A stretch of DNA of 63,361 bases, filler included, from Octopus bimaculoides (lineage: Eukaryota): NCBI RefSeq assembly GCF_001194135.2. It is 5 parts of 5 records of this genome, joined end to end, with 100 filler letters (N's around TTAATTAATTAA, not from the genome) between each part and the next. Parts side by side here need not be neighbours in the genome. Positions count along the whole stretch, not along the records: positions 1 to 27,285 come from NC_068997.1; positions 27,386 to 56,850 come from NC_068985.1; 3 more parts are not named here. One strand, 5' to 3'. Made by a program: the position numbers and the translations under genes. Positions 23,198 to 36,300 of this stretch are shown here, one piece after another. Under the pieces are notes generated by a model, which was not told the origin of the DNA, searched no databases, and was given only the letters and a program-made list of their open reading frames with translations. Every line of letters starts with the position of its first letter. Positions within the stretch are counted from its first letter, which is position 1.

Positions 23198-24790
23198 TGC
23201 GCGCTTGTCTATATTTTCCTTGGCTAATTGTACTCATACACCCTGCTTGTATGTACTCCAAAGTATCTTTCTTTTCTCATAATCAACTCTGTGAGTCCTC
23301 TCTTATTCCCCATTGGTGCAAGTTCATTGATATTGAGATGTCATACATTGATCAGAGCAGAAATTAGTTGTGAAATGTCTCAAGAGTCTAAAGTTCAAAC
23401 TCTGTGTATTTTTCGTTTGGACAGATCTCGTTTTGTCCAGATTATTCGATATTCAAATCCAATAGTTCTGGACTTACGTTCTTCCTTCTTTAAGTGTCTT
23501 ACTTCATATTGAATCATGTCTTTCTTCTGCCTACCACCATTACTTAAAGTGGATGGTTCCGAAGTTTTGTCTTCCAATATATGAGTTCCTGATGATGTCC
23601 TTCAACCTCAGCCTGATTTCAGTCTGTGCCACTACACGTCCAGCTACTTGAAGTTACGCCTGTATTTCTGAACTTTTCATTGTTGGTGTCTCTATACGCC
23701 ATCGTAATACTGAACTTTGCTATTTCGAATTTTTCGACTCGTGGTGAGAAAGAGAGAAGTAGTTGTAACCGCCCAAATCTATAACCCTACTGTTGTGAAG
23801 CTTGGTAGCATTCGAAGTCATCTGTGGTATTCGATGTCATCTCTGGCATAAGAAGTCACCTGTTCACCCACCACTTGATTCCTTTCATTGATGTCATGGA
23901 TGCTTCATATATCATTAGCAGTCACGAATATCGGCAGTAGCACATGCTGGAAGAGCTTGGTTTTGAACTTACCTGGTAAGTCTGATCCTCTATCTTTTTG
24001 AATGAGTCATCTGCTTGTTTTTTCGTCCTAGATATGCTGCCTCTATGAGTAAGAAAGGCATTGTACCACTTCGCTAGATATTATATTAGATAATATAATC
24101 TCACCTAGGACTTTGAGTTTCTGCTCTTCTGACCTTCGAGTGTGCACTTAACGCTTATCCTCTAAGAATGTCACTGTGCCGACTTTGAAGAACTCTTCTA
24201 CAACTTCTTTGGGAGGATTTAGTGTTGGTAAACTTGTAGGGGACCCTTATGAACCGAGCTCGCTAAGCCCCTTTTTCCAGCCTTGGTCTCCGAGACTCTT
24301 TTGTTTTTCTAAGCCTGCACAGTTGTTCCCGAACTCGTCTGGATAAGTTTTCTATGCTTTCTTCCTTCCTCGTCCCAACATTTGACCTTTTAAATCTCTT
24401 AGTGAAAGACTTAATTTTTCTCTTCAGATGTAGAATCTCACTCTCTCCTTCCAACTGAGTTGTTTTACAGGTGATTCGGTAGTGTTCGTTCTCTCCTCAG
24501 GGTCAAAACGTTTATTGGATATGTTGAAAATATTGCTGTTAGGCACTCATTATTTTCCCTTGGACTAGTCCTGCTAATGTGGACGCTGGAACCCTGTTAT
24601 GGTACTGGTCTAATTTGCTCTGTGCTCTGATATCCTTTACTAGTGACAATTACGTTCTCTTGCAAGTTGAGTATCATGTAGCTTTGGGGTGGAACAACTG
24701 CCATGAGTGATCATGTGCTTCGGGGATGCTTCCTAACTGAAGGTCACAAGCATGTTACCGGGTATCTTTATTCTGCCCTGCCTTTGTTTT
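23198..24790 (-). mobile_element. Decayed HERO-clade (R2 group) non-LTR retrotransposon
   Basis: SDLPGKFK..FQH.LLP, LLMIYEASMTSMKG and L*SMYDI...NLHQWGIRED...TLEYIQAGC...QGKYR match HERO-type RT C-terminus and zinc knuckle. Confidence 0.75.
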
Positions 24791-24824
24791 TTCTCTCTTT
24801 CACATTCTGCTCTAGATTGATGTA

Positions 24825-25102
24825 TACTCTTTACTCTTTTACTCTTTTACTTGTTTCAGTCTTTTGACTGTAGCCATGCGGGAGCACCGCCTTTAGTCGA
24901 GCAAATCGACCCCAGGACTTATTCTTTGGAAGCCTAGTACTTATTCTATCGGTCTTTTTGCCGAACCGCTAAGTTACGGGGACATAAACACACCAGCATC
25001 GGTCGTCAAGCGAAGCTGGGGGGACAAACACAGACACGCAAACGCATACACACATACATATATATATACATATATACGACAGGCTTCTTTCAGTTTCCGT
25101 CT
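24825..25102 (-). mobile_element. OK-like SINE (3' part; cut by gap)
   Basis: TACTCTTTTACTCTTTTACTTGTTTCAGTC...GAGCACCGCCTTTAGTCGAGCAAATCGACCCCAGG...CCGCTAAGTTACGGGGAC. Family name recalled, not searched. Confidence 0.8.
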
Positions 25103-27220
25103 NNNNNNNNNNNNNNNNNNNNNNNNNNNNNNNNNNNNNNNNNNNNNNNNNNNNNNNNNNNNNNNNNNNNNNNNNNNNNNNNNNNNNNNNNNNNNNNNNN
25201 NNNNNNNNNNNNNNNNNNNNNNNNNNNNNNNNNNNNNNNNNNNNNNNNNNNNNNNNNNNNNNNNNNNNNNNNNNNNNNNNNNNNNNNNNNNNNNNNNNNN
25301 NNNNNNNNNNNNNNNNNNNNNNNNNNNNNNNNNNNNNNNNNNNNNNNNNNNNNNNNNNNNNNNNNNNNNNNNNNNNNNNNNNNNNNNNNNNNNNNNNNNN
25401 NNNNNNNNNNNNNNNNNNNNNNNNNNNNNNNNNNNNNNNNNNNNNNNNNNNNNNNNNNNNNNNNNNNNNNNNNNNNNNNNNNNNNNNNNNNNNNNNNNNN
25501 NNNNNNNNNNNNNNNNNNNNNNNNNNNNNNNNNNNNNNNNNNNNNNNNNNNNNNNNNNNNNNNNNNNNNNNNNNNNNNNNNNNNNNNNNNNNNNNNNNNN
25601 NNNNNNNNNNNNNNNNNNNNNNNNNNNNNNNNNNNNNNNNNNNNNNNNNNNNNNNNNNNNNNNNNNNNNNNNNNNNNNNNNNNNNNNNNNNNNNNNNNNN
25701 NNNNNNNNNNNNNNNNNNNNNNNNNNNNNNNNNNNNNNNNNNNNNNNNNNNNNNNNNNNNNNNNNNNNNNNNNNNNNNNNNNNNNNNNNNNNNNNNNNNN
25801 NNNNNNNNNNNNNNNNNNNNNNNNNNNNNNNNNNNNNNNNNNNNNNNNNNNNNNNNNNNNNNNNNNNNNNNNNNNNNNNNNNNNNNNNNNNNNNNNNNNN
25901 NNNNNNNNNNNNNNNNNNNNNNNNNNNNATATATATTCATACACACAACATATATTTGTATGTATGTATGTATGTGGTGTGTGTATGTGTGTGTGTCTGT
26001 GTTTCTGTGTATTTGCGTGGAATGTGAGTGGTGTACATTTTAACATTTTTACACACTGAATTATATAATCTACATGAAATTAAATTAAGTAGGATTACTG
26101 AGAATCATAAAGACGACCAGATGGATTGTGAATTATGATAGATAAATCTATAATGAGGACATTTTGGAACGATAGAGAGCTGTGTTGAGAGGGAAACACA
26201 TACACACGCACACATACACACACGTATGCACACATTGACACACATCCACAAACAAACGCACACATTGGCACACATACACACATATACGGACATATAGATT
26301 ATATTATTTTTCAAAATACAGCAGGAAATTCATTCCGTGGTAGAAATCAACAAAAGTGCTCAATAAATGAATGTTAAAGCTTAATTTTATACCATTGACT
26401 ATATTTATTGAGAACTGTGTAGAGTAGTACCAAATCATGCATTGCTATCTTTAAAATAAAAGGACATTGTATAATATAAATCTAGACTGCTCTTTTAAGG
26501 CAGGCGAGGTTGTCACTGTTTGGCTAAGCATCAACAACATCAAGAACAAGTGCAATTTATTAACAGAAGCATGCAGTGAGGGAGCCTTTAAACAATCACT
26601 TAATCTGCTAGAAATGGATACATACACACGCGCGCTCACACACGCACACACACACATACATTCTCCCTCTCTCTCTCACACACACACATCACATAAGTCG
26701 CGCACACACACACACACATGTGTATAAAATCATGTCTCCAAAACTTGACAATAGGCCACATCATATAATGTTGTAGAAACCTCAAGGAAGGCGAAATCGC
26801 CACCCCCAGAACGTCTTTGATTGTAGATTTGTTAGATCAGGGTTGAAACCTGCGGCTAAACAATGACAACGAGAACAAAGACAATACCCACAGCAGCAAC
26901 AGCCACAACCAGAACAACCAGAAGTGATTCTAACCAATGCAGGATCGACAGCAAGAAAAATAGAATTTTGGGGTGAAGCGTAGGCAGTAAAGGGACCACC
27001 AGGACGAGAATGCCGAAAAGAACAAGCGAATCATTTGAACAGTCGTGCAAAGTCATATCAAATGAAGAAGTAGCCAAGACGTTATAAAACATTGAATGAC
27101 TAGGAATAATAAAATACCAAATCTCTTGTTGAAATATTTAACATACACAGATAAAGTAAAAAAAAAAAATACCGCTAAGCATTTCGCCCGGCGTGCTAAC
27201 GATTCTGCCAGCTTGCCACC

Positions 27221-27276
<56 letters not shown>

Positions 27277-27384
27277 AATAATAATNNNNNNNNNNNNNNN
27301 NNNNNNNNNNNNNNNNNNNNNNNNNNNNNTTAATTAATTAANNNNNNNNNNNNNNNNNNNNNNNNNNNNNNNNNNNNNNNNNNN

Positions 27385-27575
27385 NCAGTGCTTTGAGGTT
27401 TGGTCCAGATTATAAAGCAATCGTCCAAGTATCTCTTCCATGCTTTTTCTATAAACTTCCTAAATTCGGTGTTATATCTCTCTTCTATTTCCTGGTAGAG
27501 TTTTTGTTCCAAGTAACCCATCACCGAGTTCGCATAAACAGGAGCAAACCTCGTTCCCATAGCCGTGCCTTTAAT
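27385..27575 (-). mobile_element. Penelope-like RT fragment
   Basis: MGTRFAPVYAN...WKRYLDDCFIIW. Confidence 0.85.
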
Positions 27576-27600
27576 TTGGATATATATATATATATATATA

Positions 27601-27881
27601 TTCTTTTATTCTTTTATTTGTTTCAGTCATCTGACTGTGGCCATACTGGAGCACTGCCTTTAATCGAGCAAATCGACCCCCACGACTTAATTTTTTGTAA
27701 GCCGAGTACTTATTCTATTGGACTCTTTTGTCAAACCGCTAAGTTATGGGGACATAAACACACCAACATTGGTTGTCAAGCAATGCTGGGGGGACAAACA
27801 GATGCACAAACACATTTACACACACACACATACACACACACATACGCACACATACACACACCCACACACACACGCACGCAC

Positions 27882-27914
<33 letters not shown>

Positions 27915-28085
27915 AATATATACAACAGGCTTCTTTCAGTTTTCATCTACTAAATCCACTCACAAGGCTTTGGTCGGCCTGAGGCTATAGTAGAAGACAT
28001 TTGGTCAAGGTGTCATGCAGTGGGACTGAATCCAGAACCACGTGGTTGGTAAGCAAGCTACTTACCATACACCCACTCCTGTCCC
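27601..28085 (-). mobile_element. OK-like SINE, full length
   Basis: tRNA-like head GGAGTGG.TGTATGGTAAGTAGCTTGCTTACCAACCACGTGG, internal (CA)n, tail AAAAGAATAAAAGAA. Confidence 0.8.
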
Positions 28086-28125
<40 letters not shown>

Positions 28126-28504
28126 ATGTACAAAAGTATTATTGTCTGTGCCAATTTGAAGTGATCATGCTGGTACCGCATTAAAAGCATCCACCACACA
28201 CAGTAAAGTAAGGGCATCCAGTCATAGAAGCGAAGCCAAATCAAACAGGAACCTGGTGTAGCTCTCCAGCTTGCCAACTCTGGTCAAACTGTCCAGTACA
28301 TGTTAGCATGGAAAACCAGACATTAAAGTGTGATCATAATGGTTATCATGTATATATGTTATAATAATGCAGTCAAACCAAACAGTGATACTTTGAAATT
28401 ATCTGATACACGTGTTTCATGTCTGCATAATATATAATAGGTAATGCATTCATTATGTAAGATCTTCTAGTATAACATGAAACATGTTTATATATATATA
28501 TATG

Positions 28505-28548
<44 letters not shown>

Positions 28549-30109
28549 NNNNNNNNNNNNNNNNNNNNNNNNNNNNNNNNNNNNNNNNNNNNNNNNNNNN
28601 NNNNNNNNNNNNNNNNNNNNNNNNNNNNNNNNNNNNNNNNNNNNNNNNNNNNNNNNNNNNNNNNNNNNNNNNNNNNNNNNNNNNNNNNNNNNNNNNNNNN
28701 NNNNNNNNNNNNNNNNNNNNNNNNNNNNNNNNNNNNNNNNNNNNNNNNNNNNNNNNNNNNNNNNNNNNNNNNNNNNNNNNNNNNNNNNNNNNNNNNNNNN
28801 NNNNNNNNNNNNNNNNNNNNNNNNNNNNNNNNNNNNNNNNNNNNNNNNNNNNNNNNNNNNNNNNNNNNNNNNNNNNNNNNNNNNNNNNNNNNNNNNNNNN
28901 NNNNNNNNNNNNNNNNNNNNNNNNNNNNNNNNNNNNNNNNNNNNNNNNNNNNNNNNNNNNNNNNNNNNNNNNNNNNNNNNNNNNNNNNNNNNNNNNNNNN
29001 NNNNNNNNNNNNNNNNNNNNNNNNNNNNNNNNNNNNNNNNNNNNNNNNNNNNNNNNNNNNNNNNNNNNNNNNNNNNNNNNNNNNNNNNNNNNNNNNNNNN
29101 NNNNNNNNNNNNNNNNNNNNNNNNNNNNNNNNNNNNNNNNNNNNNNNNNNNNNNNNNNNNNNNNNTACATACATACATACATACATACATACTGGCATTC
29201 CAGTACGTGTGTGTGGATGTGTATATGCTTATACTCTTTTATTTAAGACTTAAAAGATTATAAACCTCTACATTTGTATCATGTATTGAGTGCTAAATGT
29301 GAGAAAAGTTCACTTTGACTGAACCAAATTCAACAAAGATAGAATAATGCATGTGCTTGTGTGTGTGAGTGTGTGTGTGATTGTGTGTGTGTGTGTGTGT
29401 GTGTGCATGTGTATGTGTTTGTAAGTAAGTGTGTGTTCCTGTCTATTCTAAAATGATATTAATATATCCATTTTCATTAATATGCTTCTGGGAAAACTTG
29501 AGGAAAGAATAAATGAAAAATAAGTAAACTAAAACATCTTATTGAAATAGGTTTAATTTTCAGTGAGAAATAGGAGAGCTTCTTACCAATTTTACACTTT
29601 AGTTATTTATTGATCATATATTTATTTAATCATTCTCTCTTTGTTTCACTTATTTATTCACCTATTTCTTTATTAATTGATAATAATTTAGATATCACAG
29701 ATTACCTTTAAACTTTTGTAGTTGTTTTTTTTTTTTGCTTTTTTTTTTTGCTTCAAATTGACACATATTTCTTGGAAAAAAATTTATAATTTCCTGGTTC
29801 AACTGGCTATTAAATGTCTTCGCTTCTAAAGACAGCTACCTATTAAAGTAATTATTATATTTATATGTAGTACACAATTTATCTTTCTTCTGGTTTATTT
29901 ATTTGTTTATTTATTTATTCTTGATAAAATATTCGGTTTTGTTTTTCTTCTTTCTTCCTTGTCAGAAGAAATATATTTTAAGAGACCAAAGTAAATCATT
30001 AATAAAACTCTTAACAGATCATTATACACAGAAATTAAACTTTAATAAATATATTTATAGTTTCTTATTTTGCTCTCAACTTAATTTTTTTGTTATCGAT
30101 GTTGATGGG

Positions 30110-31170
30110 CATACTTTTGAATTTTGTTTCCAAAATTAACAATTTTCCTAAGTGCCAAAATAGTTTTGGAAACTGCATTTTGATATCCACTGATGTTTCT
30201 TCACTTTACACTGACATTGACAGTGATGAAAGGATGAAAACATGCAGGGACGCCTTTGAAAAATGGTTGAGCAAGACTCATCTCAAATTCTCCAGTAGAT
30301 TATTGAAGTTTGCAACAACCCAACACTGGAGTTTATGCAAAAATGTTACCATCAGTAGTTAATTTGGTTAATGTCATGTCATTAAAACACTGCACAAACC
30401 AATACTCTAGTTACAATTCTCTGATGACATCTTTTTATATAGGAAAGAATTTAGGACCATCTTGTTGAATTTTTGTATTTCTGTGAAAGATTCACAGACA
30501 TCTATAGCTTTACATCCAACATAAAATTTTTGTCTTGTCTTTCAAAAACTAGCATAAATGTTTTGGGCATGAAATTTAAGTTTATAGAAGGCTACTTAGT
30601 GACAACTATTTTGCAAACCCATACCATTCCACATTTGTCTTCATCATCATTTTGTTCATCAATTAAGTCAAATCCAAAGTCTCAATTTTTGGGAATAAAA
30701 CAGATTTGTACAAACATAGAAGATTATTGGAATATGCAAATGATCTTGTGTATCATTGCATCAAATGCAATTAGAGTGAATCATGATTGAAGGAAATCAC
30801 AAATGACACACCTAAAATTAATGAACATCACATTTTCATATCTAATTATAACAGCCAAAGTAAAAATTTAAACTGAATTCCTTTAGTTATCAAAATTTCA
30901 ATGGTATTTCAAAAGTATTGCATGACAGTTATCAATATATTTTAGAAAATTATCCTTGTTTCAGAGAAATATTTTATCATCTACATATTGCTACCATTTA
31001 GATGTAAGAAATACATGAGACAAATATTAACGAGTACCTCTAATCATAATCAACACCCCATTGAAGTTTCTGAATGTTATATCCATAAAAACAGTTGCAA
31101 GAGAGGCAAATCCTTTAAATTGTTTAAGAATATGAGCCAGGTCAACTCCATCACTAATTCTAAAAGAAAT
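30110..31170 (+). mobile_element. Heavily decayed Penelope-like RT/thumb remnant
   Basis: ISTDVSSLYTDI and SNPKSQFLGIKQICT, which resembles SIPKSQFLRIRRICS. Confidence 0.65.
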
Positions 31171-31184
31171 GCTATGCTTTAGAC

Positions 31185-31531
31185 CAGGGGTTTTCAAACA
31201 GTATTTGATCTATATCTATGGATCCCTTTGAGTACTATTTTATTCTGGTGGATCCCCTTAACCATTTGCTGTATAAAATCCAGTTTTATACAAGCTTCAT
31301 TCAAAATTCCTATTTTGTTTTACACACATTAACTTGCATAGGTTGAACTAATAATAAAGTGTTAGACACAGAAACCTTACTGTTTCTTGCAATACATACG
31401 TCTAAAGCAAAATTATTTTAGGAGCCCTTAAAATACTATTGTGGATCCTCAATTTATTATCTTGTTGCATGGACCCTCAAAATCTAATATGGACCCTGAG
31501 GGACCATGTGGACCCCTGCTGCAAATCACTG
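31185..31531. mobile_element. hAT (Charlie-type) MITE
   Basis: Ends CAGGGGTTTTCAAAC / GCAAATCACTG; 8-bp TSD CTTTAGAC (31177-84) / ATTTAGAC (31532-39). Confidence 0.75.
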
Positions 31532-31589
31532 ATTTAGACAGAAAATAGGAGCTGCCCCCCCCCCCCAAATTTCAGGCCGTGTACCTATA

Positions 31590-31842
31590 GTTGAAAGGAT
31601 AATAATAACAAAAATAATAATTATAATAATTTCTACTACAAGCACAAAGCCTGAAATTTGGAGTAGGGGTTTGTCGATTTTACCAACTCCATATTCTGCT
31701 GGTACGTATTTCATTGACCTCAAAATGATGTAAGGCAAAGTTGGCCTCAGTGGAATTTGAACTCAGAACATAAGGACATATGAAATGCCACTAAGCATTT
31801 TGCCTGGCATGCTAATAGTTCTGCCAGCTCACCACTTTAAAC

Positions 31843-31927
<85 letters not shown>

Positions 31928-33335
31928 TGATCTCAAATTTTAAAGCAAACACATAATTTTCTTATGGTTTCTTAAACATTCACTTGAACAAAACTGTACA
32001 AATCCAAATATATGGTACCCTAGGCATAACACCTACATGAACTTCTAACTTGTTGTCTCTTGAGGTCTCTGGGTGAGACTTGGATCCAACTTGTACAAAT
32101 GCAAAACAAAAGTCAAACATAAAATAATAATAATAATGGTTTCAAATTTTGCCACAAGGGCAGTAATTTGGGAGGCGGGGATGAGTCAATTACATTGACC
32201 CTAGTCTTCCACTGGTACTTAATTTATCAACCCCAAAAGGATGAAAAGTAAAGTCAGCCTCGGCTGAGTTTGAACTCAGAATGTAGCAACAGGAGAAATA
32301 CCGCTAAGCATTTCACCCGGCGTGCTAACAATTCTGCCATCTTGTTACCTTAAACAATAATAATAATATCCTTATTATCATTATTATTATTAGGGTGATG
32401 AACTGGCACAATTGTTAGCATAAGCAGGGCAAAATGCTCAGTGGCATTTCATCTGTCATTACATTCAGTGTTCAAATTCTGCTGAGGTCAACTTTGCCTT
32501 TCATCCTTTCAGGGTCAATTAAATAAGTACCAGTTATGCACTGAGGTCAATGTAATCAACTTACCCACTCCTTGCAAATTTCAGGCCTCGTGCCTATAAT
32601 AGAAAGGATTATTATTGTTGTTGTTATTGTCATTTTCAATTAATCCTAGAAGGATGAGCATCAAGTACAATTTGAACTCAGAATGCACAGGTATGAAGCT
32701 AAATATTGTAAAATGTTTAATTTCAGTAATGTGTCTTGTCATGCAAATCACCGGTTAATTTTAGCAAAAATATTGTTTAGTGATTTTTAAGAGATTACAG
32801 AAAGAACTATTTCAACTATGTAACAACAAATCTGGACATTTCTGCAACTATGAATGGATGAAGTAAAGTACAAGGGAACTTTCTGTTAAAATTTCCATAA
32901 TCTTGTGTTGATCTTTCAATAAAATACAGACAATTTCCTTCTCAACACCTTGTCGCTGTGAGTCCTCAACCACATACACACACATATACCCTACACACAT
33001 TTTGGACAAAAACAAAATATATTTAAAAAACTTATTTTTAAATATCAGAAAAAAATTAAAAATTAAAATCATTTCAGAAAATAATTAGTGAAATGATGAG
33101 GAAAATATCTAAATAAATAATTACACAACAATAATTTTTTTTGTCATCGCCATTGTCATCATTGTTGTCATCATCATCATCATCAGCAGCAGCATCATTT
33201 CCATTATCCTTGATGCTGTCATCTCCTACAACCACTATCATTTTGACACCCATTTTCATTGCAAAGAGATCTGCTATTCATATATAATAATAATAATAAT
33301 ATTGATGATGATGATTATCACTGTTATTATTATTA

Positions 33336-33394
<59 letters not shown>

Positions 33395-36300
33395 TTAAAT
33401 TAATCCCAGAATTTTAATTTTTGTCAATATCATTTAAATTTTATTTAGAAAATGCATTTTGCATTCATAATTTCCTTGAAGAGGTTACTGTAGTTCTTCA
33501 TTGAGAATGAAATATCAATCTGTGAAACTTGACGTTAAAAAGTGATGAAAATCTCTCCCTTCTTTCTCTCACCCCATATCCCCCCACCTCTCTCTCTCTC
33601 TTTTAGATTATCTGTCTCTCATCCTTTCTTTCATCCTTCATCACTTTTCATTCCCCTGTTTCTCCTGACCAGAGAAAAAAATGAAATTAAAGCAAGGCTA
33701 CACAAGATGAATACCTCCTTTCACACACAACACAGATACACATACAACTTTAAAAAAAAAAAAAAAAATCACGCCCAGAATCGTAATTAAAGAAATAAAA
33801 AATAATGATAATTTCATAATTTTTCCGTTATTAAATTTCACAAAGATACTAAAGGGAAATTATTTGTATTTTTACCAAAAATTACATTAATTCCTAATGT
33901 TAAGATTCTAACTTTATTGGAAGAAAATCGTGAGAAAGACAGCCGTTGTCCAATTGGTTGCAGTCACAAGGAAAAATAGGTTTGTTTGTTTGTGTTTGCA
34001 AGGAGTGCTGGATTTATGGTTAATAGGTTTAGCATCTATTTTTACTAGGTTTAATAAAATAATAAACATGAGAACCATAAATTCAATATCAAATTCCTGG
34101 AATTACAAACCTGTATGATAATACAATAGATTTTTCAATTTGCTTTTTAAGTGATAATAATAATAATAATGATGAGGAGAAGGAGGAGGAAGATAATGAT
34201 AGCTGCCTTTAGGTTACCGTTGTCAAGGTGTAATACCAGTACCTGTAATCCCACCCCAGGATCTTGGAATACCAGGTTGGCATTTGGCGGGGTTAAGTCT
34301 GCCTCATGAGGTAAGGCTGTCCCTTTAGCCTTGGTTGACAACCCATCTAGAGATGGTGTCTCAATAAAAAGACTGATGGTTGTGTCACCTCATCAGCAAG
34401 AATTCCCACGAGTGAAAATGTCAAATACAAATGTATTAAACAATGGTACAAATGAGGTTGAAACTGAAAACAGTGTGTACTAGGTTAGGTTTGGACTCTC
34501 TGGGCCTTGGTTAGCAGCCCACCTAATGATGGTGTCACAATAAAAAGACTGGTGATTGATAATGATTATAACAACAATGATAATAATAATTGTTTCTAAT
34601 ACGGGTACAAAACATGAAGTTTGAAAGAGGTGAGTGAATTGATTACATCAGCCTTAGTGCCTGACTACTACTTCATTTTATCAACTCCAGAGGGACAAAA
34701 GTTATCTGCAGTGAATTTTGAACTCAGAACTCAGAACAAGCTGAGAGAAATGTTACAAAGCAGTCCAATATTCTAACAATTTGGCTGATTCATCCTCAGC
34801 AACACCACAACTTCCAATACCAACAACAACACCACCACTTTGGATTTCATTTGATTTTCTGTTGGAGAAATTACTTGTGTTGTCATTTTTTAGTCCCAGC
34901 TCAACTCTAATTGAATGATCTGAAGCCTTGAAAGTTGTGAGAGTCCTATCTTTTATTTGCATATTTTATATGAAGAGCTATGTTATCTAATACATCCTTG
35001 ACTTTCTCAGATGGAAAATAGTGTGAGGCAGATTTGTCTGTCTTTTTTAAGTATGGTGAGTGACTGCATTGGAGCCTTATGTATCAAACCAGGCAATTTA
35101 GCTAAGGTCAATAGTTTGAAGAACATGAAATAAGTACCAGTAATATAATATTTTGTTGGGTTCCTTGAGTCATCAAATCAATAGAATTTAGAAATTTAGA
35201 AATAAATATATTGATTTCTGTTATTTCCTTATTTAGAGACCTGAATGGCAAATTATATAGAAATAAATTTGCCATGTTATGATACTTTCACTGAGTTCTT
35301 AATTGGTCACCTGTTCACTTTATAAATTAAAGATTGTAGTGTAAACAGTGGGATACAAGGAAATATTTGTAATTAGTTTGTGTCCTTTATTAACAAGTTT
35401 AAATAGTTTAGAAGTGAAATAAATTAGTTTGCTATAAGGAAGAGGAAAGATTTCATGTTTTGAAGAAGACTTTCCCCCATGCTTCACGGTGAAATTACAA
35501 GACTTGAGACAAAAATACCTTAATGATTAAGGTAGCAAATTACAGGAGTTGTTGGAGCATTGGATAGAAATGGTTAGAGTATTTGTTCCTGTTCTCTGTA
35601 CTCTGAGTTAAATCTTACCGTGAGCAACTTTGTTTTTCCATCTTTTGGGGGTTGATAGATATAAAGTGCCAATCATATACTGGAGCTGGTTCTTCTTTCA
35701 GCTGCCATTAACAATAGTTCCCCGACAACTCTGTCAAGAGTTTAAGGCTCCAGGAATGAAGCAGGACATTAATAATTATGATGATGAGAAGAATGACACT
35801 GACCAATATCCCTCATGTCTTTCTTCACCTCTTCTTCCTCCTCCTTATCATCATCATTGTTTCGATATTCATTTTTCCATGCTAGCATATTACTTTGCAT
35901 CATCTCATTTGCAAGACCTAGAATCCTAAACCTCACCATATCTCTCCAGATAAGAAGCCTCTACTAACAGTAGATATCACCTTTTTTCTCTCCTAGCTCA
36001 TATTGTTCATTCTCCATCATATGTCTCCTCCATACCAAAGTAGTCATGTCTCCTGTATACACTGATTATTACTTTCAATGCTTGTCTGAACTCTCACCTT
36101 ATTTCTGCTATGCCTTTCAAATGCATTAAATTAACATTAAATATCAAATATATTATGTTCAACTTCATTTCTCTCTGGCTTCAATTGATCTGTCACATCT
36201 TACTATTATGCATGTGATTCATAAGCCTGCAACTACCATGGTTATTTTAAAAAAAATCTGATGTTAGTAGGTAATTCTTGACTTAATTTGTTCCTAATTA

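Noticed and set aside
26760-27120. Gln-rich reading (QREQRQYPQQQQPQPEQPE)
   Set aside because: Stops in all frames nearby and no splice support.
27330-27341. TTAATTAATTAA islands inside N-gaps (also 56895-56906, 59519-59530, 62243-62254)
   Set aside because: An identical 12-mer with stops in all six frames, always embedded in Ns: an artificial scaffolding spacer.
34213-34310. AG...GTAAGG-bounded open 98-nt segment
   Set aside because: Resembles an RTE-type 5' UTR repeat; the translation is unrecognisable.
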